The notes beneath the pieces are model-generated. The model searched no databases and had not been told where the DNA came from. It saw only the letters and a program-made list of their open reading frames with translations. This document shows, one piece after another, positions 134,056-150,099 of a stretch of 248,000 nucleotides of DNA. The stretch covers positions 1,632,001 through 1,880,000 of the forward strand of contig JAMWBK010000008.1 in the NCBI GenBank assembly GCA_029953675.1. The letters are read 5' to 3'. Positions within the stretch are counted from its first letter, which is position 1, and every line of letters starts with the position of its first letter. This DNA is from Rhodosorus marinus CCMP1338 (taxonomy: Eukaryota; Plantae; Rhodophyta). The position numbers were made by a program, and so were the translations under genes.

Positions 134056-135539
134056 CTTTCAAAAACAAAAAAATACTCCCTTTCTTCTCGTACTCTCTTT
134101 CCTCGTTCTCTTCACATTCACCCTCGTCGTCCAACACATGCACTTCATCCATTCACCTCTTCCCGTCGTCCTATAAGTACCCTTCCCAATGCCATTACAC
134201 CATTCCACTTCTCCAGATCCAAATCGCAACTCTGCCACCCGAGAAACTTCCATGCCGCCTCTAATAAAATAAAACCGAAAAAAATCCTTTTTCCCATGTT
134301 TCTCGAAATCTAGTGGCTCTAAGAGATATCCTAGAATATTATTTATTAAAATAAATAAACATAGTATCCACCTCAGCTAAAATTCTAGAAATATGTGGAA
134401 TATTCTAGACGAATCATTTCCTCCTAAATAATATAGTCCCTTTTTATTGGATATCTATCCCGCTTGAGATCTTGAATTAGATAATAATTAGTATGGAATG
134501 TCCTCAACGGATTTATTGTTGGCCTAGAACTAGTTAGGATTTCTGGTTTACTAGATATCGATATGTCTTAATTATGACCTTTTTTAGATGAATACTTTGA
134601 ATTTTAGGGGTATATTGGAAAGAAATGGTATTATTTAGTGTCGGAAATCTTTTTATAGGGTTGTCGTGTTTTTGATGTGGCATCAAAAATAACATTGAGG
134701 TTGGCATTGCTGGCATTCGGTGTTGTCCGAGTTGTGCGTTTTTTTATTTGTGTGCTTTCCGTGCTCACCTCTTTAACCAGCACTAGATTTTGCTGGAAGG
134801 TGCTCTGGCATCGGTATCTGAAAATCCCTCCTTGTATGGTCGGTTTTCACGCTGTATTTACACCCACCGAAGTTCGAGTGCCGATCTCTCCATGAGATCT
134901 GGTGAAACCGGGTTCAGTCCATAGTTGTTCTCAGTTCTTGTAACGTATTTTTGGGGGTGTAAGTGTGTATCCAAGGATTGTTATGTCAGCCACCAGTCTA
135001 AGCCGTATGTGATGCTGAGTTTCTTTATTTCCGTACGCCGCCGCAGACGTTGCGCTTGTAGTCTGTTCGAGGTTTGGCATGACTCATCAGTAAAAACTCC
135101 ACACGACATACATATGCTAGGCATCTTCAGTAACACAACACCAGTAAGCGCCCCATCCAAACAAAGCCCTCCACCACAGACAACAGAGTACTCGATAATC
135201 CCTGCCGTGCCTCCAGACCCTTCCGATCCCCTGAAATCATCCAATCCACTCCGCTCGTGTACGAGCAAATCATTCGATCACCAAGTATCATCTATCATAT
135301 CTGAAATTTGTGATGTGCACCTGCACAGAGGGCGGAAACCTCCCTTCACCTCGCTCGAAGCCTGAAAGGCATTATGATGATTGTTTTCAATCAAAAACAA
135401 TCATCAATCACTAGGATAATAAAGATTGATTCTCACTCAATTTCGCATAATCGATTGACTCTCTATCATTATCCTGGATATTGACTGTAGTTAAGAAAAA
135501 TTCCCACAATTTAGATTTGTCAAGTGGGACAGTAAGCCA

Positions 135540-136060
135540 GGAGCGTAAAGAGGTCTCTGGAACTATTGCTGTCCCAGATAGTGATGAGACTTGTCTTCTT
135601 GAGCGGAAGGCTTTCATCGCCTTTGCCGCTTTTGAGGAGCTTCAGGTTCGGAGGCGTTTGGATTGCCTTTGGACTGTTTGCGATCTAAAGGCTTCTCTGG
135701 TGAGCTTTCAAATGCTTGATTTGTATTGTCCTGTTGAAGTCGTTGAGGCTCTTCTTCGGAGCTCAAGTGTTTCCATCGCCTTTTGTGGATTTGAACAGCT
135801 TCACATTTGGAGTCGTTTCGGATTTGCTTTTGCGCTGCGATTCGTCCTGTTGAAGTCGTGCAAAGGCTCCTCGTCTGAGCTCAAGCGTTTCCATCGCCTT
135901 TGCCGCTTTGAAGAGCTTCAGTTTCGGAGTCGCTTGGATTTCTTTTAGACCGTTTGCGATCCAAAGGCTTCTATGTTGAGCCTTTTAAATGTTTCATCGC
136001 CTTTGTCCTATTGAGGGCCTTCAGTCTCAAGAGTCGTTATGGATTGCCCTTGACTTTTTT
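135540..136060. repeat. Degenerate ~130-bp tandem repeat
   Basis: TTCATCGCCTTTGCCGCTTT(T)GA...GGAGTCG...GGATT recurs about four times. Confidence 0.6.
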
Positions 136061-136198
136061 GTCTAAAGACCTTTTTTTAACGCTTCTCCGCTGAGGTGAG
136101 GTTTGGTGTTGGGCTTGGGGTGGGGGTTTCGTGGAGTGAAGGGGAAGAGCGAAGTGAATGTGTACATATTATACTGGGAGCGGACCCATTTTTGTTTA

Positions 136199-139100
136199 GC
136201 AATGGGTGAAGTTGCTGAAGGCTTTGAGACTGGGCTGAAGGAATTCGAAAGCCGGATCGGGGGATGCGAGCACGCGCTGAATTTGTTTGCGAGTGCCGGC
136301 GATCGAAAGGCTTTGGAGCTGGTTGAAAGAGAGTTAAAGGCCGTTGGCGGGGTTTTGGAGGATTTAAGTCTTCTACCTGATGAATTGGAAACCAACGAGG
136401 AGTCGGACGCAGCTTGGTCCCGTCTGGAAATTGCAAGGACAAGCCGAGAGGAGTTGTCCAAACAAATGCGTCGGCTTGTGCAGGAAAACCGCGCGGTTCT
136501 TGCAAATGCAGCGAGACAGGAGCTCCTCCAGGCTGCTCAGAAAGATACTGGAAAGGGAGAGAAGTCAAGCATGGGACAACTCGCAACCTCAATCACGTCA
136601 GGCATGAGGAGAACACATGCCCTCCTAGAGAACGAAGTAGCCAGGACGTCCACAATCACAGAGGTAGATGCTGACTTCCAAGCACCACTCCAAGTAGACG
136701 CTCACTAAACGCTCTCATACCAACTCCCCAAAACAGGTCGTTGAGGACCAAACTTCAACCATAACCAAGACCGGAGACGTCTATCGAGATCTAGGCGCTA
136801 AAGTAACCACAGGACAGGGCACAGTACGACGGCTACGAACAAGGTAACCTTTCCAAGCTCCAACACGAATCTGGAATCTCTTCCATAGCACCATCTCGAG
136901 CTCTATCCTAAGGCTACTCCATCCTAAGGCTCTTGCAGCCCGAAGAGAGTACGTCAGGACCCGGCGCTTCGGGTTACTTCGCGGGCCACTTAGCTCAGTA
137001 GAGTTCGCTCAATAGATCCATTTTGGACCCAAGTAGATAAACTTTTAAGACTGGAACCACTAATCTGAACGCACCTTCCCGTCTTCTTCGTCAAATCCAT
137101 TAGAGAGAGAGCTGAGCGATGGGCCGTAAACGTTGCTATGATTTTCTTCCTGGTGTCGGTAGCGTTTGTACTTCAGCGTCGTGTGAGCAACACCTTTGTG
137201 GTTCGAAGAGTGGTAGAACCCGCCAGTCGTGGAGTCTTCATGGCTTTGAAATGGCCTGTCGCTCAGTTGAAAGAGCAGCTTGGGATCGACTTCGATGAGA
137301 CCTCACTGGGTAGCATGTTAGGGAAGAAGGATCCTTTCAGTAGTGGCTCAGCTCTTGTGGATTTAGGGTCTCAAGGCGATGATGAGGATGATGAAGTGGG
137401 GGGTATTAAAGCGTTCAAGAAGCTGGAGAGAGAGAGGCAGTTTAAGAACAAGAAGACTCCGCTTGTGGAGTATGTGGTCATGCCCGAGGAAGAGGATCCA
137501 TCTTGGGAGCCACCGTTCGACTTGGAAGGAGACAACGAAGGTGAGATCGATGAGAAAAGGGAAGAACCTTCCGATGAAAGAGAGCCAGAGCCAGGTTTGG
137601 GAATGGGCGAACAGAAGGAAGCAGTACCTACTGATGCAGGAGAACCAGAACCTGGAACTGGACTAGGTGAACAGAAAGAAGCGAAAGAATCTGATGCAAG
137701 AAGAGAACCAGAGCTGAGTGAGGGAATAGAGGAACAGCAAGAAGCAACAAAATCTGCTGAGATTGGGGACGGTCGAGATGACGACCTTGACGAGCGCGTG
137801 AGGGCCCGACAGGCGCGGATAAGAGAGCGAAGGAGAAGAAGATATGAGCAAGAGGATGCCGGTCCATCCACTGAGATCCTGACGGAAGACCCTGAGCAGG
137901 CCCAGGAGCGTGAGATCGAGCAAAACCTTGAGCAAGAGCGCGTAGAAGAAGAAATCAATGAACATTTCAAGCTGGAGTCGGTCGACGATGAGAGGGATAT
138001 CGAACTCGAGACTTTTTCTGGTGAGTTCACTCTGACTTGTGCTCGCGGGCGCCGTGGAGGTCTTCGACTTGCCCCTTTATTCCTCATTACGTGATCACGG
138101 AGTGCTTCCCCTCATTTTTTTTATCTGTTGTCGTATGAGCTAGAAGACGGAGCGGAGTCTCAGGAGGAAGGCGAGGAAGAAGTGGTAGAACCCGGCTGCG
138201 AAGCCAGCGGAGACGGCCAGTGCAAAGCCGTTGGAGAATCCGAAGAGAAGAAATCGATCGATGATAAACGAGGTGATTTCTTGAACATGTGGAAAGGTCG
138301 ATGTGCTGGGGACGCATTATGTGGCTAAACATCTTTTTCTGTTGTCCAAATGGTTCTGTTCAATCCGTACGGTGTAGATCTTGAACAAGATGATGATGGC
138401 TTTGGAGATGAAAGCGAACTCTCGTCGGAAGATAGCTCTAGCGAAGGTGACTACATAGCAGACGCAGAACAAGAGACAGCGGCTGCAGTCGAGGACGGCG
138501 ATGTCCGGAAAGATCTTGAACAAACTCGCGAGATTTCTTCGGAGTCGGAGCTGGTGACTGATGAACAAGAGAATTTGGTGGAGGACGGAGAGCAGGCTGC
138601 TCTCGAGGTGCTGAACGACGAACCTTCAGGAGTCGGAGAGGATTCAGATGAAGGTGGTCCTGGAATAGAAGGAGACTCCGGCGCCGTGCTTGAGGAGAGC
138701 AACGTGCAGCAGGTGACAGATCACGCAGGAGAGCTTGTGATTGACAAAGAACATGGCCAAATTGAAGCAAAGGAAGAGGAAGAGGAGAGATCCGCGCCTT
138801 TGAGCGACGATAGAGCAGGGAAGGAGAAGGAAGAAGATCTCTCTGTGGCATTCGGAGAGGAAGCCGGTGAGACCCTCCTGACTGGGAATGGAGCTGGACC
138901 GGAGGAAGAGCACGACTCACGAACCAAGAGCGAGGAGGGAATTGTGCGGGAAGCAGAGTACTCGCTGTCTGAGGCTGAGGCTCCTGCCGGCGCTCATAAC
139001 CCTGACATGCACATAAATTCCGATCAGCACCCTGAATCACGTGCAGACGATGATAAGGCCGAAGACACCGAGATGGAGCGTGTCGAGGATGGCATGGACC

Positions 139101-139867
139101 ATGGCGATGAAATCAGCGAAGAGCATGTAGTCGAAGTATCTGCCGAAGAGGCTGAGCAGGTTGATCCTGAATCTGCCGTTGATGATCAAAGCTACGACAT
139201 GGGTATGGGGAAAGAGTCTCAGTACACTGTAGATAGGGTGGAGAGCTTGGAGGAAGAAACTTCAGGAGGAGACAGAGGGAATCTAGAGCAAGGTTCCGAA
139301 GGCAGTTGGGCAGGCGAACCCACTACGCGGGCGCAACAGGCAGAGGAGGAAATGGGTGAAGGGACTGCAGAACATGAAGAGTTCGTGGAAGCGTCGGGTC
139401 AAGAAACTAATGAACTGAACAGCTACTCGCATGTCGCAGTTGACGATGAGAGCTCCGACGAAACTCACCACGGCAACACTGACGGCGATAAACTCAAACG
139501 CGATTCTCAAGCCGCGGAAATGGATGAAGTTATCGATGAGAGCACGATCGCCTCCGACATTGGAGTTCGCTCTGAAGCGCAGGACGTCGAAGGGGACTAT
139601 GAAGAACACGGAGTTGGAGAGGACGAGGACGCCGGGGCGCCAGACGATATTCCAAGTATGGAGGCTCATGTTCGGGTCGGTGCAACTCCTTCAGACACCA
139701 CGGAGTCCACGCTCGAGGAGGAAACCGCTGGGGAGGCTCTCACGCTTGAGCACTTTGCTGATCAAGTGGATCCATCCAGTCCGAACGCGAGTGAAAATCT
139801 ACTTGATGAGGAAGGCAACTACGTTTTCGAGCACGAGGCAAACCAATTCGAAGAATACGAATTATGA
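136199..139867 (+). CDS. SEC20: Sec20-like ER SNARE with a very long acidic C-terminal extension, spliced
   Basis: ITSGMRRTHALL SNARE motif; TM MIFFLVSVAFVLQRR; GT-AG introns link the acidic ORFs 137138 and 138350. Confidence 0.6.
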
Positions 139868-140304
139868 GCCTAAAAGCTGTAGATCGTTCAGAGTAAAGAT
139901 ATGCTCGTATGCGCGTGGAGCAGATTCGCAACAGAAAAGCAAATTAGTATAGGAGCTAGCACTGATGCCGATGATCACGAATCCATTGCGGAGACAGTGT
140001 CCGAAGAACATAGTTCCGGGATTTTGGCTTGAACCAAGGGATGGAGTAGTTGAGGAAGGACGAGACCTCGTGCGCGGGAGTTTCTCTTTCTTAAACCCCC
140101 CGGGCTTTCCCAGTCGCTACACCGAGGATGTGGGCTGTTTGGTAGTGCCGCCTTATCGGAATGCAAGAGTTCCCTGTTAAACATGAATGCCAGCTTCTAT
140201 CTCATTTATTTAACAGCTGCAGCTCAATAGGAGGGAGCTCCTGAGGATAGGGGAGCCGTACGCCCTCCTTCAGAAATATCCCGGGCCGGAGTGGCGAGTA
140301 TTGC

Positions 140305-141792
140305 TCAAAACATGGATTGGTTGGGCGGCACGGCACAGATCCCACTATAGTCGAGGAGGGTGCCGTTATACAACGTCGTGGTTACCTCAGATCTGTCCCA
140401 CGGGAGGTTGAAGACGAACCTGGCTTTGATTCTCGCTTTTCCGTACGTCTGCTCGAAGGGCAGGCCCTGGATTTGACGATTGATGGTCGCGGAGTAGAAG
140501 CCGGCCTCATCGATGGTCGTTGAGTACCACCTCGTGCTGAACCCTTTGTTGTTACCGTTCTCGTTCCAAAACACTAGCCAGTAGTGAACCGTTCCAATCG
140601 GACTATCCGCGTGCAGTGTGAACGAAAACTGAAGGTTGAAAGGGCATTCGTCTATTACAGGAGGCGGCGGGCCATGGAAGGACTGCAACTTCAACATCCT
140701 CGCCCTCGTAAAGCTCTTATACTTCACTTGGAAGCACCATTCCAGGGGTGGCAGCTCGACGGGGGTAGGTCCTGGAGGAGGCGGTCCTGATGGATATGGA
140801 GTTGGCGTTGGCGTCCAACCATGGCCACCCCCAACGTTTGTTACTCCCAGAAGCTCAACGTGGTCCGGGAACCAACTTCGAAACGCGGGTATGGAGGTGA
140901 CATGATTTTCGACGGGGTAGGAGGAGGACGCTGCTCCTTGAGTATACCTCGCCTCCCCGAGAAAACGGAAATATAGCTGCTCATAGATCAAGTCGTTGAC
141001 TGGGTCCATTATTGAGGCCTGCACGTGATCCTTGGCGAGCTCCTGCTGGAGGTTCAGGAGGATGCTCGATCCAATCACATCGTTAACCGCCTCGAGCTTG
141101 CCTGAAATATTTGCTATGTGGCTATTCATCCAGAATGGAGATGATATCGAACCCACAGACATCTCAACGGCCTCAGGTGAAAGTTTCAATCGCCACTCCT
141201 GACCCCTTGTGTAGTAGGACTCAAATCCGTAGGTGACGGTGATTTTATAGTCGATTAGATCACCTCCGTAGCCCTGGTACCCGTCCTGACATTTTGTCAT
141301 CGTGTCGTCTCTGAAGCACCCGACTCGGGTTTCCATTCCAGACGTATCCATGGTGAACTCTTGCAGTAGGAAAGAGTCGTCGCTGCCTTGGTGAGTGTCT
141401 ATGAGGTACTTTGTCGAACCAGAAAGTATCTCGCTCAAATAAATCTCGTAATTCCTGTTCGAATTTGGCTCTAGTGGACTCTTCTCCAACGGCGTCGCTG
141501 GGGCGTTCACAAGGTGCTTCGTTCCTCCGTTGGAAAGCTGGATCCAGCTGCCCTGTGGGTCGTGGAACCTTGTCTGTGCGTCTATCCATTGTCCATAGTT
141601 GTTCAGCTGAATTCTGAATTGGCTCAGCTGCGGCACGATGGCGTTGTAAACATAACCAGTGTGTATACAGAAATCCTGCACAACACTCAAATCTCTTGGT
141701 GTCTCGTTGCCCACTTCCTTCGGAGGCGTAGGAGCCCCACAGGCCATTCCAGAAATCACTAGCCAACACCATAAGAGCTGGAATGCCACCAT
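140305..141792 (-). CDS. Secreted protein of unknown function
   Basis: Signal peptide; 495-aa ORF; Pro-rich hinge. Confidence 0.65.
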   Translation of the reverse strand: MVAFQLLWCWLVISGMACGAPTPPKEVGNETPRDLSVVQDFCIHTGYVYNAIVPQLSQFRIQLNNYGQWIDAQTRFHDPQGSWIQLSNGGTKHLVNAPATPLEKSPLEPNSNRNYEIYLSEILSGSTKYLIDTHQGSDDSFLLQEFTMDTSGMETRVGCFRDDTMTKCQDGYQGYGGDLIDYKITVTYGFESYYTRGQEWRLKLSPEAVEMSVGSISSPFWMNSHIANISGKLEAVNDVIGSSILLNLQQELAKDHVQASIMDPVNDLIYEQLYFRFLGEARYTQGAASSSYPVENHVTSIPAFRSWFPDHVELLGVTNVGGGHGWTPTPTPYPSGPPPPGPTPVELPPLEWCFQVKYKSFTRARMLKLQSFHGPPPPVIDECPFNLQFSFTLHADSPIGTVHYWLVFWNENGNNKGFSTRWYSTTIDEAGFYSATINRQIQGLPFEQTYGKARIKARFVFNLPWDRSEVTTTLYNGTLLDYSGICAVPPNQSMF

Positions 141793-143946
141793 ATTGATCA
141801 GATTCAGACCTCGCTCTCTTATTAATGGATCAGTTTCCTGCGCCCGTCTCCCCTAGGCTATATCACTCCACCACTGATGCCAATCCCCAGTCTAGACTCA
141901 CGGTCAATTGTCTTTATGTACCCACCCAAAGATGCCGTGTTAAGAAGTTCTTTCGTCGTTGTGGAACAATGAGGCACTCCTTAACTCTTTGGATTATTGA
142001 AATAGACGTATCGCCACGGGAACACACTCAGCATTCCTCCAGTCAAGCTACCATCGAATCCATCAGACAAAATGAGGAGGGGTTGGAATTTGAAAAAAGC
142101 AAGTAAAACACACTTCACGCGTCAGGAATTAGAAAGGAAACCATTCTGAACAGGACTATCCACAACCAAAATCAGTGGTACTCCAAAGTTCCATAGCCAA
142201 ACCTACCCCCCTCCTCCCAATACACCGCAGGATGTTGAGAGCCATCCGACCCCCTTCACCGTGCCCTCACCGGGCCCTCACCGGAATCGACATTTTTTGC
142301 TTAATATCGTAATTATATAGCGTATATCTCCCATATATTGTTAAAATCTCTGAAAACAATATTTTTAATAAGTAAAAAAGAGTAACTGGTTTTGGGATTT
142401 TTATTACTATAATATGTTATTTTGATCGTATATATGGTCAATTCGGAAGATCCCGGTATCCAATCATTGATCATCGTTGTGCGAGACCACGCTGAGAGGA
142501 TGGAAACTAGGCTGAGAAGTGGGAACTGGGGCCCATGGAACTAATGTGGAATGAGAATGCCACAACGCTACAAGTCACATGCTTGTGACTTCCCTGTCCC
142601 TGTTCAAGGACACCCACTAGAGGTGGCTCCTTTTTTTTTCAGTATGCTGCTGATAGCACTCGGCAGTAGAGATAGAAAACCCGAGGGCTCGTCACCACGG
142701 TGGCAAAATGCAGAAGCCATGAACCGCCAGTGAGTTTCGACATCAAAAGAAACCCGGTGAGGCACAGGTGATTGCAGGGCGGTCACAGTCGTAAGGGCCT
142801 CCTGGTGTATACAACCGCGTTGTTGGAGTACGCACGATTCAATCAGCATCCAACTAAGTACCTTGAGAGTGTCCGAATAAGTTATCTTCTTCAGATGGCC
142901 TGACACCGGGTGAGATCTTCAGTAGTGGCTCTCAACCCTTTGCTTCAATATTTACAAACCAGCCTGTGCGCAGCTCGTCAGTTGCCAGAGTCCACAATCC
143001 GACGCGAAGATACCTGCTCTCCGTGCACAGCAGGGAGACAATTCAGGAGCAGGCCATCGAGTAGGGATGGCTTGGTAACGTTGAATCTGATTTCTCTACC
143101 TCCAGCCTAATCACACCCACAATACATTGATCTGACCACAGCGCGCTCTTTCCCTTTGATAATGATTGATGAACTAATAATGATTGAAGGTCACGTCGCG
143201 GGTGCCTCTTTCAAGCCTCCCACAACTTAGGGACAATTGCTATCGATCTGCTTAACCTTAGAGTGGTTTCGATTTCATAGACTCTGCTGGCTCCCGTTTG
143301 GGTTTGTGTCTTCCTGTGTGCTACACAAGTTTTACGATGTATTGTGTAGCTTGGCTTTGCAGAGATCGGTAATCTTATCCATCCGCGGCGTGGGTGTGTC
143401 TATCTCGACCCTATGAAGCCCCTTTGACAGTCCCATCGGTAGAAAATCTTTTGTAGTAGATCAGTTCGACTTCTCCTAAGCAGTCCAAACCTCTACAAAT
143501 CGAAAGGTTAAACGCGCTAAACGACGTATAGATCGGTCACGGCGATACCCGCAGAAGCGTCCAAGCGGGACCCAAGAGAAGCTTTGAGCTCCTGCATGTG
143601 TTTCACTAGTTCCTTTGGGTGGCGGACTGTGGCTATGAGCTATCGATTAGCAACAAGGTCTCCATTCTTGGACCTACTGCAGGCTCCTTGACCTCCATAG
143701 GGGTTCAGTTACAGAAAAGTATAACTGAAATACTTTTCTGATGGACGAAAAGACCAACAAGAAGAAAGGCTCAACCCGCGAAGGAGTTTGGGTTTCTATT
143801 AAGGTCCTTTCAGTTTGCTGGTGACGGCTTTGGAAGAGGGTAGCAGGTACCTTGCTCATCTTTTTTTTCAAGGAAGAAGGCGAAGGTTGGAGTAGGAGGT
143901 AGGAGCACCGGCCGACTTCGGGAGGAAGTCCATAAATTTTTGTGGT

Positions 143947-144495
143947 ATGATGCAAGCGACAAGGAAAACGATGCACTTTGGGATAAGGAGGCTATTCCAC
144001 ACGAGTAGAAGCAGGTTAAATAAGTTTATGCTTATCCCGTTAACGAAAGAGGATAAGTGCTTGGATAGGAAGGCGTATGACCCGCAAAGGGAGAAGAAGC
144101 GACTAACGGGGTTTCACAAAGAGCTCACGAGAGCCGTGGAGCGCGTTTTGCCGATGAGTGAACTTCTAATGAAAGCCGAAATTTACGTTGATGATATAGT
144201 TTTGGACAAACGCGGTCGCAATGCAACCATTGTTTTCACCAGTGGGCTAGTCCGGAATGGGAATTGGCTGGGTCCGGATCTGATAGAAGCACTTCACAAC
144301 GAATGGATGACCTACCGAGACTATGTGGGCCGTGCCTACCGATCGAAAATTAGAACGGGGCCGTTACCATCAATAAAATTCGAGTACGCTGCAGTCCCGG
144401 AAGGAGGCGGTCACAAGGAGAGAATGGCAGCCTTTATAAGAAACGTGAAGCAGAAAGGGACGAAGTTGAAGGATCCTGTTCCAATGGAAGATTAG
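143947..144495 (+). CDS. Mitochondrial RbfA-like ribosome biogenesis factor
   Basis: Mitochondrial presequence-like N-terminus; C-terminal LPSIKFEY resembles the RbfA P.L.F motif. Confidence 0.45.
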   Translation: MMQATRKTMHFGIRRLFHTSRSRLNKFMLIPLTKEDKCLDRKAYDPQREKKRLTGFHKELTRAVERVLPMSELLMKAEIYVDDIVLDKRGRNATIVFTSGLVRNGNWLGPDLIEALHNEWMTYRDYVGRAYRSKIRTGPLPSIKFEYAAVPEGGGHKERMAAFIRNVKQKGTKLKDPVPMED

Positions 144496-146313
144496 CCAAA
144501 CTCTACGGCTGAAGAAATTTGCGAAGACTTACAACTCGGGAGAATATGGCTCTATAGACTCAGCGAGGCACTGATATGGAAACGCGAGATGCTTGAGTGG
144601 AGCCTGAAGCATGATAGAAGAGAGTATTAATATACTACTTGCCCTCAAGGTTATGTTGAGCTGGAAAGATCTGTATCGTGTTCACCTAGGCGGATCAAGG
144701 AGCGGTCTTGTCGTCGGACGGGCTTGACATGTGGGAATACTCATGAGCGTCGCTGATCGAGGACCATTGTGCGGTCTCGGAAGTCGGAAGTTGCCTTGTA
144801 TCCTGCTCATCGGGGATACAGAGAGATGAGAATCTGTCCGCACTCCATTTATGCATTCTTGCTCTAGAGTGGAGGACGTGGAAGCGAGTTGGAACGAAAC
144901 CTTTCCCACATCGCAAGTGGATACTCGATCGGAAACAGGGGATTCACCCCCAGAGCGCGCATGTGCACTCAAGCATCGCGAGACTGAGATATGGCTTTCC
145001 AGAAACTTCAAAATACAATGCGTATGGCGTGCCCACATGCACCAAACTGAAGCGCCACTGAGACTGCATGCGAACTCGAGCTTATCGAGTTCCGTGGTAA
145101 CATAAAGAGACAAGACGGTCAAGGCTACAGCAGGATTTAACGCGTAGAAGACAACTCTCACCAGTCTGCAGAGGACAAGGTCTGACCACCTGGGAGTGGA
145201 CAATTCTCATTTTTCTTTTTTCACGAGCTCTTGGAGGCCAATGTCCCAACCCTCAAATGAACATAAGGACGCGTGTTCTGAAATGGTTGCATACAATCAA
145301 ATGAACGAGAAGCGATCATTGGATTTTTGACACGCGTGCAGGGATATCTATGGTGCTTAGAGACACGTGTCAAGTGTTCGTGGGTTAGTCTGGATATGTT
145401 AGGATATTATACCCAAAAACAATAAAAATTCAAATAATCAAGAACGAACTAGAGTTGGTAGGGGTAGATGATAGTGTTGAGAGTTAATATCCTCAGTTAT
145501 TTGATAAACTGTTTTACTTTTTTGCATTGGCGTGTGTTGAGCCCCCCCCCCTAATATTCGGCGGTTGAAGATTTCCTCCGCGCCCCATACTTAATTAAAG
145601 GCCAGTATTTAGGAGGAGTTTTTCATTCATTCCTCCGCAAATGAGTTCTATTGCAAAACCCATCGTCAATTTTGAGGAATATTAAGGACACTATTTGTCG
145701 TAAAAGTCGATCTCAATCACCCCCCCTCCGGTGATGCAAAGGCACAGAAACCCTAAGAAAACTTCGTAGAAAATGACCAAGATATCTCCAAAACTAGAAT
145801 ATGCATCCCATTCCATCAACAAATATCTCTTCGATAAAGATCCGACCATTCAACCCCCCTCCCCTTTTAGAAACGATCAAAACGTAAAAATCCGACATCC
145901 GATTTGAGACGTCATTTTCATACCGAAAACCGGACTCATCTCCGTACAAACTAAAATTACTATAGCAACACCATTAAAAATTATAAATTACATTTATAGT
146001 ACATGTATATTAAGTATTATTTACCGTAAAACTATTCTGCTGTCTCTTATTAAATCCTGATCTAGGTTTTTCCACCGCGGATAAATATCTTCACCCCCTC
146101 AAATATATCCAAAGTTTGTTTTTTATTAGTTTTTAGGGCCAAAACTACACGCGGGGCACATTTCGCGAAATCCGATCTAACGGTGATGCACGGGATTGGT
146201 AAGTCTCTGTCGGGATATGCTTTGGAACTGGAGAGTGAGAAAAAACAAAAGGGGGTTTGGGGGGTGGCTTTGGATTCTGGTATCATATTCTTACTGAGTT
146301 GAGATAGTAATTT

Positions 146314-146350
<37 letters not shown>

Positions 146351-146505
146351 AGAGAGAGAGTATATATAGAGTGCCGGGTTGGGTTAGGGGAAGCGTAGGG
146401 GAGGGTGCGGGTGAGGAGAGGATTGGTGTGGAGGCGGTTTTAATATTTGGGAGGGAGAAGTATTTTGGATTTGGTGTTTGGGTTTGGATTTGGTTTTTGG
146501 GAAGG

Positions 146506-148994
<2,489 letters not shown>

Positions 148995-149469
148995 ACATAT
149001 GGACACGGCGAAGGCCAGAGAGGCAGTTTGGACAAAATCATCAACATGGCATATATGAGGAGAGAAACGGAGATCTTTTATTGTTGATTTGTTTGCACAT
149101 CCGTGGTCTCTGCTTTGGGAGAAATTTATTCCGGCGTCTGTAAACAGTAGAAAGCGTGTCAGTCTACAGCTCCCGTCCGGAAGTATCAAAGTCTAGAATT
149201 TTATTTCTTCCCCCTCACCCGGTTGTCTCACATCTTCTTAGTAAGTCTACAGATTTGGTTCGTTTTTAGTCATAGCTTTGTAATCACGAGAAATAAAACA
149301 AAAAATAAAGAAAAAAATTAATAATGTTCGTTCATTATAGTCTTCCAGCTCGATGGCCGGGGGCTTTGCATACGAATTGTTGATGTGTGCCAGCTAGAGC
149401 GGAAGTGGAGTATTTATTGTATAGTAGCGTCGAGCCAGAGATGACTGGACTGTTTTTTGATGGCAATCT

Positions 149470-150099
149470 CTAGTCATTCCTACCGTCGGTAGTTGGATCA
149501 AGCGCGCTTGGATCCATTGTATTCTGACCTTTTCGAGAAGCTCTGTTCTTGCTGTCAATGAGCAAGTATTGCGCGTCAATATCGGCTGGAGTATCCACGT
149601 ACATCAGACCTTTCTTTCCGAGCGGTGCAATGAAATCAAAGTGAAAGTCTTCAACAGTTTCGTCCGGGTTCCTCAATCTGGAATCCATGAGTAGGTGATT
149701 AGGATTCGCCTCTACTCTAATTCCGGACATTAGAAGAGTTTCAAGCATCCCGAAGAGCCTTGCACGATTCAGTCGACGACTTGATTGCTTTTTTCGATCA
149801 GTGGGGTACGCCATTTGCGGACGCAACCACAGCGTTTTTATACCGCGCTCTAAGCATTTTCCCCCGATGATCGAGGCCAATTTCCATGCGGCGGCAGCAC
149901 TGTGCGAAGGTCCGTGGTAGGGTACAAAACGCGTAATGAATTCGTCCTCTGCTGTGGACATGTACAAGACGTTCCGGGAATTGCTGTGGGTGTCCGCAAC
150001 TCCCAACCACGTAGAAGCTGCGTTCAATCCCACTGATAGCATATATCGCCGCTTCATGAACTCACGAAGCCGATCAGGCTGTGGCCATGCAAGAGGCAT
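149470..150099 (-). CDS. Mitochondrial ribosomal protein uL18-like
   Basis: STAE...AAAWKLASIIG.KCLERGI. Confidence 0.55.
   Translation of the reverse strand: MPLAWPQPDRLREFMKRRYMLSVGLNAASTWLGVADTHSNSRNVLYMSTAEDEFITRFVPYHGPSHSAAAAWKLASIIGGKCLERGIKTLWLRPQMAYPTDRKKQSSRRLNRARLFGMLETLLMSGIRVEANPNHLLMDSRLRNPDETVEDFHFDFIAPLGKKGLMYVDTPADIDAQYLLIDSKNRASRKGQNTMDPSALDPTTDGRND

Noticed and set aside
136980-137050. tRNA-like start (GCCACTTAGCTCAGTAGAG)
   Set aside because: No T-arm GTTC motif or acceptor-stem complement; it lies within the SEC20 locus.
144500-145250. hAT dimerisation-domain remnant (also at 237690-237990)
   Set aside because: Similarity is too weak and frameshifted to support without a profile search.
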